Shown in pieces: positions 16,676 to 25,885 of a stretch of 31,141 bases of DNA. The notes beneath the pieces are model-generated. The model saw only the letters and a list, made by a program, of their open reading frames with translations. It searched no databases and was not told where the DNA came from. Each line of letters opens with the position of its first letter. Positions within the stretch are counted from its first letter, which is position 1. The stretch comes from Armatimonadota bacterium (GTDB lineage: Bacteria; Armatimonadota; Armatimonadia; Armatimonadales; Armatimonadaceae): positions 1 to 31,141 of the forward strand of contig JAYUUO010000196.1 of NCBI GenBank assembly GCA_043754515.1, written 5' to 3'. The translations under genes were made by a program, and so were the position numbers.

Positions 16676-19600
16676 CTAGCGCAGGCTGGTGATCGGAAGA
16701 CGCGTCTGCACCTGCGACCCGTCCGTATCCCTCGCTGTAAGCGTGAGCACGTAGATTCCCGCGGCGAGATCCGAACCGTCCTGGCTACGTCCGTTCCAGA
16801 ACAACACCGACTCGCCGCCGCTCCGTGCCCGCGTGGACAGCACACTCACCGTGCGCCCGGTCAGAGTTTGGATCTCTGCCGTGACGTCCGCCTCACGGGT
16901 TACTGTGAACCCGATTCGGTAGCCGCCCGCGCCCACCCCGCGCCCGTCAACTCGGGTCTGATGAACCCGGGTCAGCATCAGCGGAAGCGACGATGGCTTC
17001 GCTACCTCAATGCGGAACCGATGCACGGAGCGTCCGCCCATCTCCGCGCCAGTCGGCGTGTAGGTGAAGGACGATGCGGAGCGGAGCGGGATCCGCTTGT
17101 TGGTAACCGTATCTACCAGGAACGGCTCCACGCCGCGTGGCAACCGGTTGACGTTCGGCCAGAAGACCGTGACATCACCCTTGCCCTCGGCGGGCTGCAC
17201 CGTGAAGTCCCAGCTACGCTTCCCGACCCCGACCTGCGAGCCGTCCCGTATGTCGTCGGCGAGCACCGCGCGTCCGCCCTTCGTATCCTTGCCCTCAATG
17301 GACAGGTACACCATTGGCGCGGCTCCGATCACAGGCGGTTTCTCCGTGTCGAACTGGGTGTCGAAGCCGTCCTTCGCCCCCGGCGCGACCCCGACCGAGT
17401 TGTCGGTGTCGAGCAAGTCGCCCTGTCGTACCGCGAGTTGCAGACGCCAATCCATCGCGTTCTTGCTCTCTATAGAGCGGAACCGGAGCTTCTCGCGCTC
17501 GGCGCGGCTGATCGCCGCTCCGGCTTTATGTCCCGGATAGGCGCGGGTGCTAGTCGCGTCCGCCGGTCGCAGGAACTTCATCTGGATGTTCTGCGCCGAC
17601 GTGTTGCGGAACCAGTACCCCAGGTAGGGCTTCAGAACCGGCGACTGGAAGTACTGCGAGTTGCTATTCTCACCCGTATATCCATACGCCACTCCGCGAA
17701 TATAACCCTTGGCAATCGCCTGATCATACGTGGATTCCACGCCGTCGGGACCGATGTACCGGGTGCCGTTCGCGATGTCAATGTCGGCCGGTGTGGCGTA
17801 CGGGTTATCCGTGCGGGCGAACGGGTGTCCGATCAGGTTCCAGCCCGGAAGCAAGGTTACCGTGAAGTCGTTGCCGGTCGCACCCACCGCGTCGCTGTCC
17901 GTGACCGATGTCACGCCACCGAAGCGGACGAAGTAGCCTTTGCCGCGCACCAGTGGGATGTTCGGCCCGCGGTTGTAGTCGGGACCGCCCGCCCACTCCG
18001 CGATATTGAACCCGTTGAACAGCGCGTCATCCGCCGCGTTCACCACGCCATCCCCGTTGTTATCCGCCCCCTGCTGCAATCCGAAGATCAGGCGCGGGTT
18101 GGTCGCCGCCGTGGTCGCCGAGTAGTCGAGCGGGATCGAGACCAGTTGCACCCCGGCACCGAAGATCTTCGGTGCCTCGAGCGAGAAGTTGATGTTCTGT
18201 GTCTCTTTGCCACTCGTCACCGCGAACACCGACGAGATCACCGGGTTCGGGCTGAAGCCACGTAGCGCGACATCGGCGACATAAGTACCCGTCTCGACGG
18301 ATGTGAACAGGTAGTTGAACGTGTACCCGTTGACCGTCTGCACCGCGACCGTCGGGGTCGAGTAGCGGGGGGTTCCGTCACCCAGCTTGTTCCCGGCGGC
18401 ATCGGACAGATACAGATTCACGGTCGCACCGACGGTCGCTACGGAACCCGGCACGCGGGTGACTAAGCCCGAGACCGAACCCGGCGGCAACTTGGCGATG
18501 ATCAGCGCGCCCGGCTGGACCAGGGCATTAGCTTCCACTCGCGGCTCAATGATCCGCACTGTGGCGTTCGTGTCGCCACCCACGCTCACATCCACCGACG
18601 GCCTGGTTGACGTACCTGTCGGCTTTGCGACCAGATCGTACCCGGCGGCACCGACCACGGACACGGTGTATATGTTCTCCGGGAAGGTAGCCCGGTCATC
18701 CGTCGCGTCGTTCGGCGTGCCATTGTTATAGGCCAGCGCGAAGGCACCGTTGGCGTCCGTTGTGCCAGTGCCGACTACCGCGCCGCCACCCTGAACCGTC
18801 GCCTGTACGGTAACACCCTTCACGCCAGGACCGGCGGTGCCGTCCGCGTTCTGCTGACGCACCTCGCCCGTGATCCGCTGTTCGCCCGAAGAGATGCGGA
18901 AGTCAACCGCCGCGCCCTTGTTCTCCTCGATTTGAACGAAGTCGCCGGGCAGATCTACCGTTTTGTTCGGGTTGCTGAGGACGATAGTCGCCTCGTTCTG
19001 GGGCGTCCCCGGATCATCGCCCAGAATATCAATCCCGGTGACGCCGGGTCCGATCTTCCCGTTCAAAGAGGCCAGGACATAAACGTTCTGCCGGAAGATC
19101 GGGCTCGCCGCCGGGATCACAACCGTCCTGCCGTTTATAGTTGCCGTCAGTTGCCCGGTGTTCGGGACGAGTGCCCCGGTCGTGGGATCAACTACGCGGG
19201 TCGGGTTCACGACGAGCTGATAGTTGCCGATGGGCAGGTCTTGCGGGAACACATACTGACCAACAGGGATCAGGCCCCCCGCCGTGTCACGCTGGGTGCC
19301 GTCGGATGTGACGGTTGTGAAGGCGACGAATCGGGTCGCGGTGGCACTCGCCTGGGCGAAGTATGCCATCACCGGAATACCACCGAGTGGTATACGGTCG
19401 TCGGTCTTGAACACGCCACCCGCCGTGCGGGGCGAGTTGTCCGGATTTTTACGTGTCTTCTTCAGCGGAAGGGCGGAGGTATCTCGGATGCCCGAGAGTC
19501 GTCCGGGTCCCGCCCGCTTCAGGATCAAGTTCACGGTCGCCCGTGACCCGCCGTGTACGACGTTACCGGAAGACACCTGCGTGTAGTATCCCGTCTTGAA

Positions 19601-22600
19601 TCCTTCCACCAGGAAGAAGCCACCCTCAAGACCGGCCACCTGATAGTTACCATCTCCATCAGTGAGCGCGGTGCCCTGCGAAGGATCCGTCGCTTTCCTA
19701 CCCGTCACGAAGACACGTACCAGGGCATCAGTCACCGGCGAGTTGTTGTCGTCGAGGAGCCGCCCTGTCACGGTCGCGGTGCGAAGCGCGTCCGTGATGT
19801 TGTGCATAATTTCGGAGCGACGCCCACGCCATGCGAGGGTCGCGGTGGTCGCCCCCGTCGGCGTGTAGCTGTAGAACCCTTCGGTCAGGCTCTCGAAGGC
19901 GAATGAGGCGAAGACGGTGGTCCCGCCGTTCCCCAACGCATTCACAAAAAGACCGCCGCCGCCCGCGTAGCCATAAATCTGGCTAGTTGTGGGACTCGTC
20001 GCCTGTACGACATCCTCAAAGCCGCTGAACAGCGTGCCCGACCGTGCCGCGCCGATCCCCGAAGCGGAACCGCGGTAGTCCATCGCCGGTATTAGTCCCG
20101 GAAGGTTCTCCAGATCGAGCGGCTCACTACTCGGCGGGCTGTACCCACGCGGTGTCGCGATATGGAACGCGCTATTAGCCCCCGAGTTGAGCGAGTCCTT
20201 GCCGATGCGGGCCGTGAGGTATCCACTCTTGGTGAGGGCTGATACTGGCGTCGGCGCGTTATAGCCTAGCTGGAAGATGCCGCCCGCGTTGTTATTCACG
20301 AACGAGACACCCAGCACCTGGTTGACGAACGGGTTCGCCTGGCCGTTACCCGCCAGGGCGAAGGCCACGTCCTGTCCCGACACAAACAACTGTCCGCCAG
20401 CGTTGACGAAGTTCGTCAGGTCTTGCTGTGTCTGAAGGTCAGCGATGGTCCCCACGCCGCGATAGGTGATTTGGGTGAAGGATGACGCCCAGATGACCAT
20501 GCGGTTCACGTTTAGTACCGACCGGGCGATGGTTTCACCGGCCTTGACGTCAGGCGGGGCGGTGGTACGGAATGGCAGGTAATCGTTCAGGACATTAGCA
20601 GGAACGGGACCACGCGACAAGACGCGCCATATGTTGTAGCGTCCCACGGATGGCAGACGGCGGTCAGTTCCGTCCGACCCTTGATCGGCTATCACCGAGT
20701 CCCCTGTCAACAAATCGTCAATGTACGACCCGACGCCAAGCGGGTTGGGAGTCCCGCCGTTGCCCAGGCTGGACGGACTGGGGACGGTAACAACCCCCGT
20801 CAGGAACGGCCCGCCGGACACATTGAAGTTGCCGAACTTGAAGCCGCCTTCCCATAAACGATTGATCCCTGGTGGCACGGCGGGGGCGGCGGGAGCGGTG
20901 AGGCCGTCCGGGAACCGTTTCACATCCGAGTCGGTGATATAGGATTCGCCGCCGTAGATGACATTCGGCAGGTTGTCCTGTTGCTGGGTAGATTGCCCCG
21001 ACGTACCAGCACGGTTTACGCGGCCAGTGAGGAACTTCTGTCCAAGCATGTAATCCGACACTACCAGAATGTCAATCGGGTTCGCGTTAAACGACGGTGC
21101 GGTCGAGAACCCCCAGACGTTATCGTAGATAATCCAGTTCCCCTTCGAGCCGGTGGGATCGAACGGGTTCACCGCGTTGTCGTACAGAATGACGTCGAGG
21201 AACCAGTCGCTCGGCTCGCCTGTCGTCTTATAAGTAGCGCCGAACAGCACGCCGCCGTTGCCGTCGCGACCACCCGGGTATTGCCCGGCGAGTTGGGTGC
21301 TGATCTTATCAATGCGTTGTAGCTGGACCCAGATGTTCTTCCCGCCCGCATCAAGGGGTGCCGGGTGGTTGGTTCCAGAGAATGCCTGCCCATCCTCGCC
21401 TACCTGTGCGAACGCGCCGAAAAATGACCCGCGGGGGTCGGCGAGAGTCATGTTCTGGATACCGCCGCCCGCGTCGTACATGTTCGGTACGTTGCTAGGA
21501 ACGTTTAGGCCACCCCGTTTGTAGAAGACCCCTCCCACCAGACCGTGGGAGTAGTACCTGCCGTCGCTCGCTCCGAGCACCTGGCACTCATATTCGAGGC
21601 CCACGTTCCGGGCGGGTTGCCCAGCCGGTTGCCACCATAGGGGGAAATTGGAGTTATTAAACGGCTCGTAAATCACGAACGCGCCAGGGGCATACTCTTT
21701 GTGCTCGTTGCCGTCGCCACCCTGTGCCTGTGATTGGTACTTACTGTTCGGGTTCTTGATCTGGATGTAGGCGGAACTCACCCCGGACTCCAGGTCTTCG
21801 GCGCGCACCGTGAAGAACACGTCGGTGCCGGGTGTCAAGCCTTGACCCCGATTACGCACGGAGGAGCCGGTGTTCGGATCGAACTTGGTGCCGAGGTTGA
21901 TGTGTACGATCTCGCCAGTCGGATTGGACAGGTCGTATCGGAGCAACGTCGGGGCGCTCAGGTCAACCACACTCGCGATGAAGAGGTCGTGCGCGTTGGC
22001 GGGCGTGTTCGGGTTCGGCGCGGTAAATCCAGCACCCGTCGAGCCTTTGCGGTTCGACTGGAAGCCGATGCGAATCGCGTTCAGCAGGGGCGGGAATGTC
22101 GGGTACTCATCGTCATACCGGCTGGGCGTTAGCGCGTCCGAATCGCCGGTGTCGAGTTTGAACGGAGCGACGTTACCGACGACCCCCTGAAATGTGTTCG
22201 ACGCGCCGATGTTGGTCGCGTCGCCCTCGATCTGCGCCTGAACACCGGTCCCGACAGGGATGGCAACCTGCTCGTAGTATATGTCCTTAGTGCCGTTCGT
22301 GTTCTTCACGTAGCCAGTCGCCGGGGCGACCGCCGCGACGCGATCCGAGGAGAACGCTAAGTAATAGTTGCTCTCGGTCTGGAAAAGCGGCGTCACCGCG
22401 TTGCGCGACCACGCGGGCTGCACGCTGGAGACCCCCGCCGCGACCCCCGAACCGGTACCACCCGTCACCTGTATCGCGTCGGAACCGAAACTGCTCGTGA
22501 CGAAGACGTTGCGTACTCCCGCGGTTACGCCTGTGCTGACGGCGGGCGCGGCGGCGGAGTAACCGGCCGCGTCGGAGTCGAACGCGAGGAAGCGTCCGTC

Positions 22601-23536
22601 GGCGGACACGGCGACGTTGGTCTCGTTCGCGGGGCTGCTCGTTATTTGCCGGATGAGACCAGTCTGAATGTCCACGCTGAGGATGTCGCTCTGGTTATCG
22701 GAGAGCGTCGCGGAGAAGGCGATCTCGGTCGAGGAAAGCCACGCGGGACGCCCCACGCTAACGATGTTCCGAGCACCGATTTGCTTCCCCGCCGTGAGCG
22801 AGGTCAGGTTCGTCGGGAGCGTCACGGAGGCGGTATCGGCGGGTGCCGTCGCGCTGGTCGCACCGGCGGGCACGAACGCGAAGTATAGTTGGAACGTCGC
22901 GCCGTTGTCCGTAGACTTCACGAAGGCGATGCGGTTCGAGGCACTGATCGTCGGGAACCGATGAATCGCGCCCGCCTCGTTAGTGAGCCGCGCGGGTTCG
23001 GTGCCGGTCGTGTTCGGGTTCGGAGACGGGTTGGAGACGATGCGCCACAACTGGTTGTTGCCGGGCACGCCGGTGCCGACGTAGTCGCGGTTCGAGGAGA
23101 AGAAAATGTACTGCTCGTCGGGGCTCCAGTACGGGTCAATCTCGTCGCTGATCAGATTGGCGAAGTTGGTGATGTCCACCACCTGTTCCTGGACATTCGC
23201 CCCATTGACGCCGCCGACTTGGACGCGGGTTCGCGCGAACCCCTTGACGCCCTTCGTCGAGCGGCGCGTCACGCCGTCCGGGACGAACTTACCGACGTCG
23301 AGTCCGTTGTTGCTACGGAGTGGCACCAGCGACCCTCCGGTGGAAACAGGGGCGCGATCCACGCGCGGTGCCCCTGGTCGCGCGGGAGGCGCGGGTCGCG
23401 CGAACACCGTCGGCGCGGCGATGCCGCACAGGAGTGAAAGATATAGCGCGAAAGCGACTGCCTGTCGATACTTGTAAGCGAACTTCAAAGCGGGGTTCCC
23501 CTCCATAAGCCACCAACCGAACGGATGACCGGACAC
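16676..23536 (-). CDS. Giant (2286 aa) exported protein: TolB/PD40-like beta-propeller, carboxypeptidase-regulatory-like (transthyretin-fold) repeats, shared C-terminal module, FlgD-Ig
   Basis: DPYWSPDEQYIFFSSNR and AVSADGRFLAFDS (PD40-like). VTGRLLDDNNSPVTDALV...TDGDGNYQV..L..G.F.V...K.GY (CarboxypepD_reg-like), with further copies. LFWNGRSQDGSDLAAGIYVL (FlgD-Ig). Start uncertain (GTG 23536 or ATG 23506). Confidence 0.85.
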   Translation of the reverse strand: MSGHPFGWWLMEGNPALKFAYKYRQAVAFALYLSLLCGIAAPTVFARPAPPARPGAPRVDRAPVSTGGSLVPLRSNNGLDVGKFVPDGVTRRSTKGVKGFARTRVQVGGVNGANVQEQVVDITNFANLISDEIDPYWSPDEQYIFFSSNRDYVGTGVPGNNQLWRIVSNPSPNPNTTGTEPARLTNEAGAIHRFPTISASNRIAFVKSTDNGATFQLYFAFVPAGATSATAPADTASVTLPTNLTSLTAGKQIGARNIVSVGRPAWLSSTEIAFSATLSDNQSDILSVDIQTGLIRQITSSPANETNVAVSADGRFLAFDSDAAGYSAAAPAVSTGVTAGVRNVFVTSSFGSDAIQVTGGTGSGVAAGVSSVQPAWSRNAVTPLFQTESNYYLAFSSDRVAAVAPATGYVKNTNGTKDIYYEQVAIPVGTGVQAQIEGDATNIGASNTFQGVVGNVAPFKLDTGDSDALTPSRYDDEYPTFPPLLNAIRIGFQSNRKGSTGAGFTAPNPNTPANAHDLFIASVVDLSAPTLLRYDLSNPTGEIVHINLGTKFDPNTGSSVRNRGQGLTPGTDVFFTVRAEDLESGVSSAYIQIKNPNSKYQSQAQGGDGNEHKEYAPGAFVIYEPFNNSNFPLWWQPAGQPARNVGLEYECQVLGASDGRYYSHGLVGGVFYKRGGLNVPSNVPNMYDAGGGIQNMTLADPRGSFFGAFAQVGEDGQAFSGTNHPAPLDAGGKNIWVQLQRIDKISTQLAGQYPGGRDGNGGVLFGATYKTTGEPSDWFLDVILYDNAVNPFDPTGSKGNWIIYDNVWGFSTAPSFNANPIDILVVSDYMLGQKFLTGRVNRAGTSGQSTQQQDNLPNVIYGGESYITDSDVKRFPDGLTAPAAPAVPPGINRLWEGGFKFGNFNVSGGPFLTGVVTVPSPSSLGNGGTPNPLGVGSYIDDLLTGDSVIADQGSDGTDRRLPSVGRYNIWRVLSRGPVPANVLNDYLPFRTTAPPDVKAGETIARSVLNVNRMVIWASSFTQITYRGVGTIADLQTQQDLTNFVNAGGQLFVSGQDVAFALAGNGQANPFVNQVLGVSFVNNNAGGIFQLGYNAPTPVSALTKSGYLTARIGKDSLNSGANSAFHIATPRGYSPPSSEPLDLENLPGLIPAMDYRGSASGIGAARSGTLFSGFEDVVQATSPTTSQIYGYAGGGGLFVNALGNGGTTVFASFAFESLTEGFYSYTPTGATTATLAWRGRRSEIMHNITDALRTATVTGRLLDDNNSPVTDALVRVFVTGRKATDPSQGTALTDGDGNYQVAGLEGGFFLVEGFKTGYYTQVSSGNVVHGGSRATVNLILKRAGPGRLSGIRDTSALPLKKTRKNPDNSPRTAGGVFKTDDRIPLGGIPVMAYFAQASATATRFVAFTTVTSDGTQRDTAGGLIPVGQYVFPQDLPIGNYQLVVNPTRVVDPTTGALVPNTGQLTATINGRTVVIPAASPIFRQNVYVLASLNGKIGPGVTGIDILGDDPGTPQNEATIVLSNPNKTVDLPGDFVQIEENKGAAVDFRISSGEQRITGEVRQQNADGTAGPGVKGVTVQATVQGGGAVVGTGTTDANGAFALAYNNGTPNDATDDRATFPENIYTVSVVGAAGYDLVAKPTGTSTRPSVDVSVGGDTNATVRIIEPRVEANALVQPGALIIAKLPPGSVSGLVTRVPGSVATVGATVNLYLSDAAGNKLGDGTPRYSTPTVAVQTVNGYTFNYLFTSVETGTYVADVALRGFSPNPVISSVFAVTSGKETQNINFSLEAPKIFGAGVQLVSIPLDYSATTAATNPRLIFGLQQGADNNGDGVVNAADDALFNGFNIAEWAGGPDYNRGPNIPLVRGKGYFVRFGGVTSVTDSDAVGATGNDFTVTLLPGWNLIGHPFARTDNPYATPADIDIANGTRYIGPDGVESTYDQAIAKGYIRGVAYGYTGENSNSQYFQSPVLKPYLGYWFRNTSAQNIQMKFLRPADATSTRAYPGHKAGAAISRAEREKLRFRSIESKNAMDWRLQLAVRQGDLLDTDNSVGVAPGAKDGFDTQFDTEKPPVIGAAPMVYLSIEGKDTKGGRAVLADDIRDGSQVGVGKRSWDFTVQPAEGKGDVTVFWPNVNRLPRGVEPFLVDTVTNKRIPLRSASSFTYTPTGAEMGGRSVHRFRIEVAKPSSLPLMLTRVHQTRVDGRGVGAGGYRIGFTVTREADVTAEIQTLTGRTVSVLSTRARSGGESVLFWNGRSQDGSDLAAGIYVLTLTARDTDGSQVQTRLPITSLR

Positions 23537-23949
23537 CTGTGCGACGAATGAGTGTTATCGCGTTCCTTCAATGTCATCCTGGTAAAAAAGTGAGATCGTC
23601 TCTCTTGAGCCAAACGGCGCGGGGAATACGTCCCCCGTACAATCATTCTCTAGCCGCGAAAATAATCTGTCGCGCCCCGGAGTGGCCTTCAGCGCGTCCC
23701 GAATGAGACACGCGGTGCCCCTTGCGTGGAAATGTTTCGCCATCGTGCCCAGCATTTCCTTCCCCTGCCGCGAGATAAAGCAGGGATGCGTTTAACATTT
23801 TTGAAAATCTTCGCGGGTAAAGGTTTCGGTGTTCTGTCGTCGGGAGGCGGCGTGATCTATGCTCGGATCTGGTTCCGAACGAAATTCGCAACGCGGAAGT
23901 GCTTGAGGTACTTTTACGAGGTTGACGAACGCAGATCCATCCCACGCGG

Positions 23950-23979
23950 ATTATAGCACGGAGGACAAAATTTAGGCAA
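23950..23979 (-). promoter_or_regulatory. Sigma70-type promoter for the envelope cluster
   Basis: Minus strand TTGCCT (23979-23974), 18-bp spacer, extended -10 TGcTATAAT (TATAAT at 23955-23950). Confidence 0.65.
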
Positions 23980-24490
23980 GCGCATCCCACCCTTCCCAAG
24001 TTTCGCGCTCAAAACCGCGATAATCATTCCAAACGGCGGGCGCGCCATCGGGGCAGTTCGGAACGGCACCAATGGGACACGGGAGCCATTCCGTATGCCC
24101 GAACAGGCGGCAGATCGTGGGGCGGACTGGGTACAAGAAACAGTTGTCGCGCTCGACGTCGCGGTAGCGGCACAGCGTCACCGTCGGCGGCTCGAGCCCC
24201 AATTCCGCCGCGCTTATGTCCTCCGCGCCGGGCCAGGGGACGTTCTTATCCTGCCCCAGCACGCGCGCCACTTCAAGCGGCGGGAGCGTGGCAAGGTAGA
24301 GCCGCGCGGCAACGTACTCGTCGTAGCTGACCAGAAAGCCGCTCGTGCAACGACCTCCGCACTGGTCGCAACCGTCACAAACGTCAAGCCGCATGGCCCG
24401 AGTCAGTGTACCGCGCCGCTCCAGAAAGGCTTGCCAGTCATCCTGGATGTCGGTGCCGCTTCGCGAAAGGGTGGTTAAAGGGGTAGACAT
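23972..24490 (-). CDS. YkgJ/FliB-like cysteine-cluster (Zn or Fe-S chelating) protein
   Basis: CDGCDQCGGRC...LCRYRD....CFLYPVRPTICRLFG is the CxxCxxC ... C..Y..RP..CR pattern. Confidence 0.85.
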   Translation of the reverse strand: MSTPLTTLSRSGTDIQDDWQAFLERRGTLTRAMRLDVCDGCDQCGGRCTSGFLVSYDEYVAARLYLATLPPLEVARVLGQDKNVPWPGAEDISAAELGLEPPTVTLCRYRDVERDNCFLYPVRPTICRLFGHTEWLPCPIGAVPNCPDGAPAVWNDYRGFERETWEGWDALA

Positions 24491-24565
24491 GGAGTAGCTC
24501 GGGGGCGTACGGCAATGAAACGCCCACGCGGAAACCTCAACCGCGCCGTTTCAGTATAGTACACG

Positions 24566-25840
24566 ATGCCCAAATTCCCCGCCGCGAACGCCGATAATAA
24601 TGACCCGCTTTGCGTACGAACGCTAGCGCGGCGTGCGAAAGCCATCGCCCCCGACACGCCGTTCGCCGACGCCTGCGAGCTACTACGCGCCTCCTCTTAT
24701 CAGTTGCTCGCCGTCGTTGACCCGCCGGGCGACGGCTCCCATCTCCTGACCGGACCACTTCTAGGGATCGTGTCGGCGAAGACCATCGCCGATCGCCTAC
24801 TGCCAATGACTCCGGAGGGGCGTGAACGATTCCGCGAGTTCGCCACGGCGCGGGACGTCTGCGCCACCGTCGCTCGGGATGATTGCGCGGTGGCCACGGA
24901 CACCGCTTCCGATCTCTGCGCGCTACTGGAGCGGGCGGGACGCGACGCGGCGCCGGTGGTCGAGTCGCGCGAGTATCCCTTTTACCTGGGCATGGTGTCC
25001 CGCGCCGACCTGCTACGAGACCTGCGCCGCCCGGTGACGGTGCCACAAATCGGCGGAATGGCTACCCCGTTCGGCGTTTACCTCACTACCGGCGATGTAT
25101 CGGGCGGCGTCGGCACCCTCGCGCTGGCGGCGACCGGGCTGATGACGTTCGTTCTGCACTTAGTCGGTGTGATGACGCTCGCCGGAGCCGTCTACGCCCT
25201 GCATTATTACGTCCCCGGCCTCCCACGTCTCGTAGCCTCCCTCCCACGCGGGGTCGCGGAGGATATCCAGTCCACGCTGTATGTCGGCGGCGAGTTCGCC
25301 CTGTTTCTTTTGCTGTTACGCTGGACACCGCTCGCGGGCTACCACGCCGCCGAGCATCAGGTGGTTCATGCCATCGAGCGGGGCGAGCCGCTACTGCCGG
25401 ACGTAGTGCGCGCCATGCCGCGCGTCCACCCGCGCTGTTCCACAAATCTGGTCGCGGGCCTTATGCTATTCCTTATCATGGGCACCGCGCTCGCGGCGTC
25501 GCTCGGCGCGGAGGCGGCGTACCTAATCGGCGCGGCGGCGGCGTTTCTTTGGTGGCGGCAGTTCGGTTCGTTCCTGCAACAGCACGCGACCACGCGCCCG
25601 GCGACCGACGCGCAGATCGCGAGCGGCATTCGGGCGGCACGTCGCCTGTTCGACGCTCTGGACGCCCCGATAAGTAGCACGCCGCCGCCGGGCGCGTCCC
25701 TCTCGCCGCTCTGGACACGGCTACGTTACCTGTGGCACATGGGGTTCGCGCAGATATTCCTCGGGAGCGGTGTCGGGATTGCCCTATTAATGCTGGCGGC
25801 ATGGGTCTACCCGCCGCTGGGGACGTACTTCGCGCGGTGA
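24566..25840 (+). CDS. CBS-domain pair fused to a DUF1385 membrane domain
   Basis: IAPDTPFADACELL...LAVVD...LLGIVS and APVVE....YLGMVSRADLL (CBS). IGGMA..FGV, YHAAEHQVVHAIE.G.PL....V....RVHPRCSTN and TTRPATDAQI are DUF1385 motifs. Several TM helices. Confidence 0.85.
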   Translation: MPKFPAANADNNDPLCVRTLARRAKAIAPDTPFADACELLRASSYQLLAVVDPPGDGSHLLTGPLLGIVSAKTIADRLLPMTPEGRERFREFATARDVCATVARDDCAVATDTASDLCALLERAGRDAAPVVESREYPFYLGMVSRADLLRDLRRPVTVPQIGGMATPFGVYLTTGDVSGGVGTLALAATGLMTFVLHLVGVMTLAGAVYALHYYVPGLPRLVASLPRGVAEDIQSTLYVGGEFALFLLLLRWTPLAGYHAAEHQVVHAIERGEPLLPDVVRAMPRVHPRCSTNLVAGLMLFLIMGTALAASLGAEAAYLIGAAAAFLWWRQFGSFLQQHATTRPATDAQIASGIRAARRLFDALDAPISSTPPPGASLSPLWTRLRYLWHMGFAQIFLGSGVGIALLMLAAWVYPPLGTYFAR

Positions 25841-25885
25841 GGTCACGCTGCCGATCCCACCCATTAGGGTATAACATTCTTTATC

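Noticed and set aside
7200..23536. FlgD/FlgT/CsgG-like domains as flagellar or curli genes
   Set aside because: The domains are embedded in large non-flagellar architectures, and no flagellar structural genes or CsgA/B-like repeats are in the window.
23675..23755. c-di-GMP-I riboswitch resemblance on the minus strand (GGGCA...GAAA...ACGCAAG)
   Set aside because: P2 pairing around the GAAA is poor and no tetraloop receptor is evident. Kept only as an unassigned structured leader pending an Infernal scan.
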